64,000 nt of DNA, taken from assembly GCA_045588575.1 (NCBI GenBank), contig JAZNEJ010000012.1, positions 3,168 to 67,167 of the forward strand, in the 5' to 3' direction. The translations under genes were made by a program, and so were the position numbers. Below, piece after piece: positions 55,285-64,000 of this stretch; the first letter of the stretch is position 1, and each line of letters starts with the position of its first letter. This DNA comes from Eubacteriales bacterium (GTDB lineage Bacteria; Bacillota; Clostridia; Oscillospirales; RGIG5299). Under the pieces are notes generated by a model. The model saw only the letters and a program-made list of their open reading frames with translations, had not been told where the DNA came from and searched no databases.

Positions 55285-56782
55285 CGTCTTTTAAATCAAT
55301 TCCTTTTTTTTGGGGTTGTTCTGCATAATATTCGTTATTTGCACCGTAACCGCCATATCTTCTATAAATATAGCTATATTTATAATATCTGCTATAATGT
55401 TTTTTACCGATTTCAACGTCGGTTATTACAATACCTAAAACCTTGGCATTTGTATTCGTTATCATCTTAACAGTTCTTACAACTTCATCGTAAGTGGTTA
55501 TATCCTGACGCGCAACAACTACAACACCTGCGGTATGTTGAGCAAACGCTCTGGTATCGGCAACAATTTCAACAGGAGGAGTATCTACTATTACGTAATC
55601 GTATTTTGCGGAAACCTCATTTAAGAATTTTTCCATAGTTTCGGAGCTTAAAAGCTCTGTGGGGTTAGGAGGAAGAATTCCGCTAGTTATAACGTCGAGA
55701 TTTTCATAAACGTTTTCATGAGTGCATTCTTTAACGTCTTTTTTATCCGACAATATCGAAGAAAGGCCCAAAACATTATCAAGCGCCATTTTCTTGTGAA
55801 TTGTGGGTTTTCTCATATCCGCTTCAATAAGAAGGACTTTTTTATTGTCTTGCGCTAAAGAAATTGCAATGTTGCACGCCGTTGTTGATTTTCCTTCGTT
55901 GGGCTGACCGCTCGAAACAATAACAACGTTTTTATCGGTTACCGAGGTTGCAAAAAGCAAGTTCGTGCGAAGCTGACGGTAATTTTCAACTATTGTAAAT
56001 TTGGTATCTTTACTTATAAGGTCTCTGCCCGATGCGCGAAGTTTTGATTCTTTTGCCAAGAATTTTTTACGAAGCTTCGGAATAAGAGAGGTTATAGGAC
56101 TCATTTTCTTCTTTTTACCGCAAAGTGACGGAATTTCCGATAAAACGGGATATTCAACATAATTTGCCAAATCCTCTTCATGCTTAATGGTTCTGTCAAG
56201 CAAGGCAAAAAGCAAAATGAAGCCAACAGAAACAAATGCGCCTGCAACTGCGCCAATCAATGAATATCTTTTCCAGCTATCTGCAACGGAGGGTTCTCTG
56301 GGGTTATTAACCAATCCCACGCTACCCATGTTTATTTCTCGCATATAGGGCGGGAGGTATTCGGCAAGCTTTGCCGCTATATCGCTGGTGAGTTGCTTAT
56401 TGGACGTAGTTACATTTATTCTTATAACGAACGTTTCTTCATTGTTTCTTATACTTACAGCAGAAGCAACCGTTGATTCGGATACACCTAAACTTTCAGC
56501 TATCTCGCTGTAAACGGGAGAGTTAGGTATAATCTCAACTACCGATTTTGCAAGAGCTTTTGATGCTTCGATAATACTCGTGCTCATCATATAGTCTTTA
56601 ATCTCATCTTGCTTTATATTCAAGATGGTCATATAAACGTTTGTGGTATAAGTGGGTGCTACAAAAAGCTTGCTATACCCAAACAAAAGGGCTGCTCCCA
56701 ATATTAAGCTTAAAATAATTATCCATAATTTTCTCAAAATTGCCGAGAAAATATAACCTAAGGATATTTCTTCTTCTCTCAT
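55277..56782 (-). CDS. Fused Wzz/CpsC modulator and BY-kinase (CpsD)
   Basis: Two TMs; ENYRQLRTN, PNEGKST, EADMRKP, PPNPTELL, IVDTPP; Tyr-rich tail. Confidence 0.9.
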   Translation of the reverse strand: MREEEISLGYIFSAILRKLWIIILSLILGAALLFGYSKLFVAPTYTTNVYMTILNIKQDEIKDYMMSTSIIEASKALAKSVVEIIPNSPVYSEIAESLGVSESTVASAVSIRNNEETFVIRINVTTSNKQLTSDIAAKLAEYLPPYMREINMGSVGLVNNPREPSVADSWKRYSLIGAVAGAFVSVGFILLFALLDRTIKHEEDLANYVEYPVLSEIPSLCGKKKKMSPITSLIPKLRKKFLAKESKLRASGRDLISKDTKFTIVENYRQLRTNLLFATSVTDKNVVIVSSGQPNEGKSTTACNIAISLAQDNKKVLLIEADMRKPTIHKKMALDNVLGLSSILSDKKDVKECTHENVYENLDVITSGILPPNPTELLSSETMEKFLNEVSAKYDYVIVDTPPVEIVADTRAFAQHTAGVVVVARQDITTYDEVVRTVKMITNTNAKVLGIVITDVEIGKKHYSRYYKYSYIYRRYGGYGANNEYYAEQPQKKGIDLKDDD

Positions 56783-56819
56783 TTTAATCTCTCCAAAAAC
56801 AAATTGTGCAAATTATAAA

Positions 56820-57086
56820 TTATTTTTTATCCTCAGTTGAGCTTTTTCCGTAAAGATTAAAACGGAAAAGTCTGGTCATATCTTCCTGAAGCTCACATTC
56901 AATTTGAGCGTTGGCGATTTTTCCGCCCTCAATAAGCTTAGTAATGCCGATAATACGGCAAAGAGCTGATTTGAGATTTATTTTATCTCCGTCGGGCGAG
57001 GTGAGATAAACTTCTCCCTTGCAGTTATCAAGCTCCTGAACAAACTCGCTTACGTTTACATTGTGAAGGTCTACTCTTTTAGGCAT
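56820..57086 (-). CDS. Small HPr-like-fold protein
   Basis: F...LD.CKGEVYL.S.DGD.INLKS resembles the HPr Ser46 region; GGAGG RBS. Confidence 0.55.
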   Translation of the reverse strand: MPKRVDLHNVNVSEFVQELDNCKGEVYLTSPDGDKINLKSALCRIIGITKLIEGGKIANAQIECELQEDMTRLFRFNLYGKSSTEDKK

Positions 57087-57130
57087 TTTAATTTCCTCCG
57101 ATTTATATTGTTATTTTTTTATTTTTTAAA

Positions 57131-58147
57131 TTATGCCGTAAGGCGTTTTATAATTTCTTTATATTCTTTATACATTCCTGTTTTTCCGTCCATTTCATAG
57201 GGCATTTGAATTATGTCGTGCCCCGGAAAAGGATTTCCCTCTATTAAAAGAGGACCGTTTTCGGTTATTGAAACGTCCCAACCAACGTAGCCAATCTCGG
57301 GAATTTCCTTTGCGGCCTCCAAAACCATTTCAACGGATTCTTTCCAGAAAGGAATTTGGAAACCTTTTATTTGCTTATTTGTGTTAGGATGAACCTCAAA
57401 AAGCTGTTGATTTTTATCAAAGGCAACGTGAGTGAGCTTTCCGGTTTTAACGTCAACGGGAGCAGCCATTCCGCCGTTATTCAAGTTGTCTACAATAAAA
57501 TCACCGTTTCCGATTCTTATAGCTGCATAAAAAATTTCACTTTTTCCGTTTGCGCTTAAAGTTACCACTCTTACCGTGTTAACCGATGCGGGATTTAAGC
57601 TTGCCATTTCGCTGTGCTGTTTTATTACGTCTTCCGCTATGTGAATTTTTTCTTTCTTAATAAAATCGTAAAGTTCTTTTACGCTGCCGTAATCTTTAAG
57701 CTTAAGCTTTTCTACTCCTCTGCCGCAACAGTCATCGGCAGGTTTTACCATTATTTCATCTTTGCCCTCTATGAACTTTTCAAACTCCGAAAAATCCGTT
57801 TTTGCCATATCTAAGCACTTTCTGCCAAGATATTTTTCAAATTTAATATTGAAATCGCGCTTATCGTCAAAAAAATGAACGAAATCTTTATTATTTCTTT
57901 CCCCGACAATTGCGTTATTTACTCCTCTTGTTATAAAGGTGCCGCGATATTTTTCTTCAATATTGTAAAACTCAATGAGTTTATAATCCATATAACCTGC
58001 GCCGTATTTTAAGCCGCAATGAATCATATCGAAAAACAAAAAGATTTTGCTTTTTCCTGTTTTTTCGGAAAGCTCGGATATTGTATTAAAAAAAGCCTTG
58101 TAATTAAAATCAAAAATCCGCATAAAAAGGTACTTGATTTTTTTCAT
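57131..58147 (-). CDS. Sugar-transfer-associated ATP-grasp protein
   Basis: DDK..F, VKP....GRG, QH..M..LNP.SVNTVR, DNL..GG, GWDV.I...GP.LIEGN..PG. Confidence 0.8.
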   Translation of the reverse strand: MKKIKYLFMRIFDFNYKAFFNTISELSEKTGKSKIFLFFDMIHCGLKYGAGYMDYKLIEFYNIEEKYRGTFITRGVNNAIVGERNNKDFVHFFDDKRDFNIKFEKYLGRKCLDMAKTDFSEFEKFIEGKDEIMVKPADDCCGRGVEKLKLKDYGSVKELYDFIKKEKIHIAEDVIKQHSEMASLNPASVNTVRVVTLSANGKSEIFYAAIRIGNGDFIVDNLNNGGMAAPVDVKTGKLTHVAFDKNQQLFEVHPNTNKQIKGFQIPFWKESVEMVLEAAKEIPEIGYVGWDVSITENGPLLIEGNPFPGHDIIQMPYEMDGKTGMYKEYKEIIKRLTA

Positions 58148-58191
58148 ATATATATTTCCTTTTTTTAATTATACATATCAAGTATAACATA

Positions 58192-58821
58192 CTATTTTGC
58201 ATTTTGCAACTCATTATTGTCTTTTTGAAGAATTTTATCTCTTAAAAGAGAAATGAGAAAAAATACCGACAAAAATATGAGAGAAAAATTATTTTTACTC
58301 CGAATAAGTATGAAAACACCAAAGGCAAAAATAAATAAAAGCGTTATCAGTGTAATAACGTCGCTCCAAAATGTTGCTCTTTCTTCATAAAGTTTAAACA
58401 TAAGAAACGCTCTTAACATTTGTCCTCCGTCAAGCGGCATTGCCGGAAGCAAATTGACCGCCGCTAATAAAAAATTGGACGCCATAACAAAACTGATATA
58501 GGGAACGGTAAAAAAACAGTTTATAACAAAGCAAACAACCCAAACCAAGATATTAGCCACAGGACCTGCAAATGCCGTTAAAAACTCACCTTTATAGCTC
58601 ATTTTGGAAAAATTCATATCAATTCTCATCCCAAAAGGAAGTATATAAAGCTTTTCAGCTTTACCTTTTAAAAATCTTCCGCATACCAAATGTCCCGTTT
58701 CGTGAATTAAGGCAGATGCGTATATTATTAAAGTGTTCTCTACTCCTTCTAAACAGCAGAACAAAACAAACGGGACTAAAAAAAACGGATTAACCTTTAT
58801 TTTAAGTTTATCAGTCGGCAT
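58192..58821 (-). CDS. spoIVFB: M50 intramembrane metalloprotease SpoIVFB (short, no CBS domain)
   Basis: HETGH, PFG, AGP.AN, NLLPAMPLDGG. Confidence 0.78.
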   Translation of the reverse strand: MPTDKLKIKVNPFFLVPFVLFCCLEGVENTLIIYASALIHETGHLVCGRFLKGKAEKLYILPFGMRIDMNFSKMSYKGEFLTAFAGPVANILVWVVCFVINCFFTVPYISFVMASNFLLAAVNLLPAMPLDGGQMLRAFLMFKLYEERATFWSDVITLITLLFIFAFGVFILIRSKNNFSLIFLSVFFLISLLRDKILQKDNNELQNAK

Positions 58822-59743
58822 TGTAAGGTCTGTAATTAAAATAATTAAGCGGATCTAAATAAACACCGTCTTTTTTCATATGGAAATGAAGATGAGTGCC
58901 CGTTGACTGTCCCGTGTTGCCCACATGCCCTATTATTTGGCCGTTTTCAACTATATCTCCCGTCTTAACGGTTTGGTCTTTTAAATGACAATAGCAGCTT
59001 GTAAATCCGTTTTCGTGCTCTAAAATCACGTAATTTCCGCTTATTTTATCACTCGACGCTTTCTTTACTTTTCCGCTCATTACAGCATAAACGTCCGTTC
59101 CCTGCTTAACTCCTCCCAAATCAATTCCCGTGTGAAAGTTTTGTTTATTGGTTACAGGGTTAATTCTAATGCCCATTACGTCGGTTAAATTTGCCGTTTT
59201 TAACGGTCTTGAAGGTTGTTCCGGCAACTCTATTTTAATAAGAGTGTATTTGGGAACTTTAATTGTCAAAGTATTTTCGTCTGCCTCGGTTTCCGCAATT
59301 TCTTCTTTTATATCTACGTCGTAAAGAAGTCCGTTTGAACCGAAAACCGCCAAAGCGGCCTCTTTTTCTTCTGTAATTTCAAAATCCTCTTTAAAAGTTT
59401 CTTCATTTTCCTCTTTCTTCGTTTCTTCCGAAGATTCACTTTCTTTTTCTTCATTTTCATTATTATCTTCTTTTTCTTCCTTGATACCGAAAATTATCGA
59501 CCAAACGGGGCTTTGCTCCGCTAAATTTTCCAAATATTCATTAAACCCTTCTCTGTCTTCGCCGAAATTTCCTATTGTTCCGGTTGTAATTGATTTGTAA
59601 AGTTCGTTATCTACCGCACGAAAAGCAAGAAATGAAGAAAAAACAAGCGCGCAAACTATAAGTTGAACGGTTATTACTTTTACAAGACCTCCTTTTTTGT
59701 TCTCTGCATTTTTATATTTGTTTTTTCCTTTTACAATCTTCAT
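58811..59743 (-). CDS. Membrane-anchored M23 peptidase in the spoIVFA position
   Basis: TM (QLIVC), acidic linker, HTGID, YCH, GNTG.STG.HLHF. Confidence 0.8.
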   Translation of the reverse strand: MKIVKGKNKYKNAENKKGGLVKVITVQLIVCALVFSSFLAFRAVDNELYKSITTGTIGNFGEDREGFNEYLENLAEQSPVWSIIFGIKEEKEDNNENEEKESESSEETKKEENEETFKEDFEITEEKEAALAVFGSNGLLYDVDIKEEIAETEADENTLTIKVPKYTLIKIELPEQPSRPLKTANLTDVMGIRINPVTNKQNFHTGIDLGGVKQGTDVYAVMSGKVKKASSDKISGNYVILEHENGFTSCYCHLKDQTVKTGDIVENGQIIGHVGNTGQSTGTHLHFHMKKDGVYLDPLNYFNYRPYNAD

Positions 59744-59769
59744 TCAGCTTCATCCTTTCAAAAAATAAA

Positions 59770-59810
59770 ATATCCCGTAACAATCTATTACGGGATATCT
59801 GTTTTTATGT
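59770..59810 (-). promoter_or_regulatory. radA terminator hairpin with a SigE-like -10 in its loop
   Basis: Minus strand ACATAAA...ATATCCCGTAA-tagattg-TTACGGGATAT plus a T-tract. Confidence 0.55.
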
Positions 59811-59813
59811 TAT

Positions 59814-61172
59814 TCAGATGAAAAACCTTATAGCTTCTCTTATATTTCTCACTTTAATTATCTCCATATCTCCGTAGTTATCGGAAAGACGGCTTCTTGC
59901 GGGGATTACCGCTCTTTTAAATCCAAGTCTTTTTGCTTCGTTAAGGCGCGAATCTATATTTACCGCACCTCTTACCTCTCCCGAAAGACCTACTTCGCCG
60001 AGTATTACCGTTTCGTTTCCTATAACGAAATCCTTATGACACGATGCAAGTGAAAGTACAACCGCCAAATCGGACGAGGTATCTTTAAGCGTCATTCCTC
60101 CCGTTACGTTTACGTAAACGTCGGAATCATAAAACAAAAGGCCCGCACGCTTTTCCAAAACAGCCATAAGCATACATAAACGGTTATAATCTACGCCCAC
60201 CGCAGTTCTTCTGGGAGAAGGAAAAACCGATTTGGAAACAAGCGACTGTATTTCACACATTATGGGACGGCTTCCTTCAAGCAAGCAGCCTATAACGCTA
60301 CCCGAAACGTCTTTTGAAATGTCTGAAATAAATTCTGCCGAAGGATTGGTGATTTCAACAAGACCTTCGTTTCGCATTTCGAAAACGCCTATTTCGTTAG
60401 TTGTTCCGTAACGGTTTTTAACCGAGCGAAGCAAACGATATTGGAATTTATCTTCACCCTCCATATAAAGAACAACGTCCACTGTGTGCTCCAAAATTTT
60501 CGGACCTGCAATATTTCCCTCTTTCGTTACGTGTCCAACCAAAAATATGGGAATATCGTTTTCTTTTGCGGCGCGCATTAAAACGCTCGTGGATTCTCTT
60601 ATTTGAGAAACGCTTCCCGCCGAGGTTGATGTATTTTCAGTGCTCATTGTTTGTATTGAGTCTATTATAACGAGCGAAGGTGATATTTTTTCTATTGCAT
60701 TTACTATATTTTCGGTGTTGGTTTCCGAAAGCACATAAAGTCTTTCCGAGTTTATTCCAAGCCGCTCTGCACGAAGCTTTATTTGAGAAACCGACTCTTC
60801 ACCGCTTACGTAAAGCATTTTAAAAGGCTCGGCAAATTTACTGCAAACCTGCAAAAGCAAGGTAGATTTGCCTATTCCGGGGTCGCCGCTGAAAAGAATT
60901 AACGAGCCTTTAACAATTCCGCCGCCCAAAACCCTATCTAACTCTTTGTAGCCGCTCGAATACCTTATTTCACCGCCTGCAGTTAAATCTTTCAGCAATT
61001 TGGGTTCGTTTTTCTTCGTTTCGGTTGTTTTTTTTGCAAAGTTATCGTTTGAAACAGTTTCTTCAACTAAGCTGTTCCAACATCCGCAAGCTTGGCATTT
61101 ACCCATCCACTTCATATAGGTTGCGCCGCATTCGCTGCAAACATATTGTGTTCTAAGCTTTACCTCTTTCAT
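59814..61172 (-). CDS. radA: DNA repair protein RadA/Sms
   Basis: CSECG...WMGKCQAC zinc finger, GDPGIGKST, IDSIQ, KNRYG, Lon-like C-domain; ATG at 61172 after GGAGG. Confidence 0.95.
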   Translation of the reverse strand: MKEVKLRTQYVCSECGATYMKWMGKCQACGCWNSLVEETVSNDNFAKKTTETKKNEPKLLKDLTAGGEIRYSSGYKELDRVLGGGIVKGSLILFSGDPGIGKSTLLLQVCSKFAEPFKMLYVSGEESVSQIKLRAERLGINSERLYVLSETNTENIVNAIEKISPSLVIIDSIQTMSTENTSTSAGSVSQIRESTSVLMRAAKENDIPIFLVGHVTKEGNIAGPKILEHTVDVVLYMEGEDKFQYRLLRSVKNRYGTTNEIGVFEMRNEGLVEITNPSAEFISDISKDVSGSVIGCLLEGSRPIMCEIQSLVSKSVFPSPRRTAVGVDYNRLCMLMAVLEKRAGLLFYDSDVYVNVTGGMTLKDTSSDLAVVLSLASCHKDFVIGNETVILGEVGLSGEVRGAVNIDSRLNEAKRLGFKRAVIPARSRLSDNYGDMEIIKVRNIREAIRFFI

Positions 61173-61356
61173 TTTTTTACCTCCGCGACGTTTTATATTA
61201 TTATAATTCAAAATCTTTTTTATGGCAAGGTAATTTTAAATAAATAGGTATTTTTATTGAGTTAATTCCCTTTTATTGCTTTTTTGATTGACTATTTTAC
61301 AAGAAAATGATAAAATATAATATCATATTTTAATCATATTTTAGGGAGTAATATCA

Positions 61357-62139
61357 ATGGAAACTTCTCTTAAAAGACTCGTTATTAAAATAGGCACGTC
61401 ATCTTTAACCTATAAAAACGGAAAAATAAATATTTCTTCTTTTGAAAAGCTTGCAAGAATTATTTCCGATTTGAAAAACAGAGATATAGACGTTATTCTT
61501 ATAACCTCCGGAGCTATCGGCATAGGCTCTGCAAAGCTCGGTTTTAAAGGAAAACCGGAAAGCGTTATGGACCGTCAGGCATCTGCCGCAGTCGGTCAGT
61601 GCGCTTTAATGAACCTTTACGATAAAATTTTTGCCGAATACGGTTACACCGTTGCCCAGCTTTTGCTTACTAAAGATATAAAGCACAGCGAGCAGGCTCT
61701 TATTAACACAAAAAACACCTTTGAAACGCTTTTTACTCATAATTCAATCCCCATAGTTAATGAAAACGACGCCATTTCCACCGATGAAATTTTCGGCGAA
61801 AACGACGCTCTTTCGGCTTTTGTTGCATCGCTTGTGGGTGCCGATACTCTTTGTATTATGACCGATTGCGATGGGCTATACGATAAAAACCCCGCGATTT
61901 ACAATGATGCGAAAATTATTAAAACGGTTGATAAAATCGACGATGAAATTCGTTCTCATTGCGGAAAATCGGTTTCCGGTTGCGGAACAGGCGGCATGAT
62001 AACAAAAATAAACGCTGCGGAAACGGCCACGTCCAACGGAATTAATACATATTTTATAAACAGTTCAAAAATTTCCGAGCTTTACAACATCGTTGAAGGA
62101 AATGATTTCACAGGCACATTCTTCCCCGCAAAAAAGTAA
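61357..62139 (+). CDS. proB: Glutamate 5-kinase (no PUA domain)
   Basis: KIGTSSL, SGAI, QASAAVGQ, PIVNEND, FGEND.LS, GTGGM.TK. Confidence 0.93.
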   Translation: METSLKRLVIKIGTSSLTYKNGKINISSFEKLARIISDLKNRDIDVILITSGAIGIGSAKLGFKGKPESVMDRQASAAVGQCALMNLYDKIFAEYGYTVAQLLLTKDIKHSEQALINTKNTFETLFTHNSIPIVNENDAISTDEIFGENDALSAFVASLVGADTLCIMTDCDGLYDKNPAIYNDAKIIKTVDKIDDEIRSHCGKSVSGCGTGGMITKINAAETATSNGINTYFINSSKISELYNIVEGNDFTGTFFPAKK

Positions 62140-62151
62140 GAGGAGATTTCT

Positions 62152-63402
62152 ATGTTCGATATTTCTTTACTTTGCAAAAACGCAAAAAAAGCATCTTATG
62201 CAATCGGCAAAGCCGATACCTCTTTAAAAAACGAAGCGCTTAAAAAGATAGCGGAAAATCTTAATAATAAAAGAGATTATATTATTATCGAAAACAAAAA
62301 AGACCTCGACGCCGCACGTTTAAACGGTATGAGTGAGGCTATGATGGACCGTCTTGCTTTAACCGATAAAAGAATTGACGGAATTATAGAGGGTATAAAT
62401 CAGGTTTGCGAGCTTTCCGACCCCGTTGGTACCGTTTTTTCAACAGTTACACGTCCTAACGGGCTTGAAATTTCGAAGGTCTCGGTTCCTATTGGAGTTA
62501 TAGGCATTATTTTTGAATCACGTCCCAACGTTACGGTTGACGCCGCAGTTTTATGTATAAAAGCCGGCAACGCCGTTATTTTAAAAGGCGGCAAGGAAGC
62601 AATAAACTCAAACCGCGCTCTTAGTCAAATTATGAGAGAATCGCTTTCTTCTTTAAAATTGCCCGAAGATATTATTTCTTTCGTTGACTCCGTTTCAAGA
62701 GAAGATACCCTTTCTTTGATGAGAATGAAAGAATACGTTGACCTTATTATTCCCCGCGGCGGTGCAAATCTTATAAGAGCAACGGTTGAAAATTCTTTAA
62801 TTCCCGTTATAGAAACCGGCACCGGTAACTGTCATATTTACGTTGATGAGTTTGCCGATGACCAAAAAGCATTAGATATAATCTTTAATGCAAAAACCTC
62901 ACGTGTTTCGGTATGTAATGCCGCCGAAAGCTTGGTTATGCACCGTTCAAAGCTCTATTTACTTGATAAAATCAAGGAAAAGCTCAATAGTAAAGGCGTT
63001 GAGCTTTACTGTTCAGAAGCTTGTTATAACGCCATTTCAAACAAAGAAAATGTATTTAAAGCAACCGAAGAGGACTATTACACCGAATATTTGGATTACA
63101 AAATGTCGGTTATTGAGGTTGACTGTTTAGAAGATGCAATATCACACATTAACCGTTGCAGTTCTCACCATTCGGAATGTATTATTACCGAAAACAGTGA
63201 AAACGCTTCGGCTTTCTTAAAGGAAATTGACTCTTCCTCGGTTTATCACAACGCTTCAACCCGTTTTACCGACGGTTTTGAGTTTGGTCTTGGCGCTGAA
63301 ATAGGAATTTCCACTCAAAAAATTCACGCAAGAGGCCCTATGGGTTTGAAAGAGCTTAATACTTATAAATTCACCGTTAAAGGCAACGGTCAGGTAAGAT
63401 AA
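62152..63402 (+). CDS. proA: Glutamate-5-semialdehyde dehydrogenase
   Basis: FESRPNVT, LKGGKEA, IPRGG, VCNAAE, NASTRFTDG.EFGLGAEIGISTQK.HARGPMGL. Confidence 0.96.
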   Translation: MFDISLLCKNAKKASYAIGKADTSLKNEALKKIAENLNNKRDYIIIENKKDLDAARLNGMSEAMMDRLALTDKRIDGIIEGINQVCELSDPVGTVFSTVTRPNGLEISKVSVPIGVIGIIFESRPNVTVDAAVLCIKAGNAVILKGGKEAINSNRALSQIMRESLSSLKLPEDIISFVDSVSREDTLSLMRMKEYVDLIIPRGGANLIRATVENSLIPVIETGTGNCHIYVDEFADDQKALDIIFNAKTSRVSVCNAAESLVMHRSKLYLLDKIKEKLNSKGVELYCSEACYNAISNKENVFKATEEDYYTEYLDYKMSVIEVDCLEDAISHINRCSSHHSECIITENSENASAFLKEIDSSSVYHNASTRFTDGFEFGLGAEIGISTQKIHARGPMGLKELNTYKFTVKGNGQVR

Positions 63403-63438
63403 AATAACCCCCTATGGTAATTCCATAGGGGGTTTATT
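63403..63438 (+). terminator. Terminator after proA
   Basis: AATAACCCCCTATGG-taatt-CCATAGGGGGTTTATT. Confidence 0.8.
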
Positions 63439-63491
63439 GTTGAAATGTCAAATTAATTGTGATATAATTAGAAAAAAGCGAGGACGATTAT

Positions 63492-63761
63492 ATGAAAATA
63501 CACGGTGTAAAGCGCAAATGTTCTCACCCTATTTTTTGTCTGAAAAAGCATTATTGTCCCCATTGTAACGAAATGTTAGAAAAGACCAAAACGGAAACTG
63601 TGGTTAATTCAAAATCGGAAGAAGCAAAATACTATGATTTTTCAAACGGTGATAGTTTTTTAGTCGGAAATATAAAATTCATTCAAACTGTTTTTCGTTG
63701 CAACAAATGTGATAAGACTTACTCTATAGAAGAACTTTTAGAAATAGAAAGGATGAGGTAA
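63492..63761 (+). CDS. Small zinc-ribbon protein (CPHC...CNKC), hypothetical
   Basis: Two CxxC pairs; GAGGA RBS; upstream TTGAAA-17-TATAAT at about 63440-63468. Confidence 0.6.
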   Translation: MKIHGVKRKCSHPIFCLKKHYCPHCNEMLEKTKTETVVNSKSEEAKYYDFSNGDSFLVGNIKFIQTVFRCNKCDKTYSIEELLEIERMR

Positions 63762-64000
63762 TTGAACGAACAAAAAGTATACACGCATATAGATACAGAT
63801 GATTCTGTTTTGTCGTTACACGATTGTTACGCCAATAGAATTCAATTCAAGAACAACATTCTTTCTTTTTATTTTCAAAACGGTTTTTGGGTTACCCCCT
63901 CGCACCCTGCAAATAAGTCTGATAAAATTATTCGCACTGATTTTCACAGGTCGACTATCACCTTGATGACGATGTGTTGATTTATGTTTTTAAAAAAAAT
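63762..64000 (+). pseudogene. Hypothetical protein, probably frameshifted near 63941 and running off the window
   Basis: GAGGT RBS with TTG start; SLHDC motif. Adding one T in GATTTTCAC gives ...TDFSQVDYHLDDDVLIYVFKKN, open to the window edge. Confidence 0.4.

Overview
This is a low-GC core-chromosome window from a spore-forming Firmicute; gene content suggests class Clostridia. From start to end it holds aspA, a polar amino-acid ABC transporter, a FemAB/MurM-type ligase, three tandem SGNH lipoproteins, a MacB-like ABC fusion, an OmpR/kinase/HtrA locus, ychF, an S1 protein, tRNA-Val and tRNA-Ser, spoIIM-xerD and proC. Next come the yajC-TIGR04086-scfA-scfB (SCIFF) cluster, a pur operon with split PurH, a second type IIA topoisomerase pair, two peptidoglycan hydrolases, and a lysine riboswitch ahead of asd-dapA-dapB-ACT-acetyltransferase-murT-gatD. 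The last part holds spoVB, spoIIAA-AB-sigF, a BY-kinase/phosphatase/CapD mini-locus, spoIVFB, radA and proBA. I see no mobile element, prophage or CRISPR array, and no single multi-gene system that is clearly new. The best leads are: a circularly permuted family-3 substrate-binding lipoprotein; an unannotated ~140-nt rod-shaped RNA upstream of ychF; an unannotated 54-aa Ser/Lys-rich peptide; a recurring layout in which sporulation -10 elements sit inside RBS-blocking or terminator hairpins; a ParC/GyrA with a ~185-aa N-terminal extension behind tandem NrdR-like boxes; a XerD with substituted catalytic residues; and the SGNH triplet lacking the catalytic Asp. All calls come from reading the sequence by eye; no searches were run.
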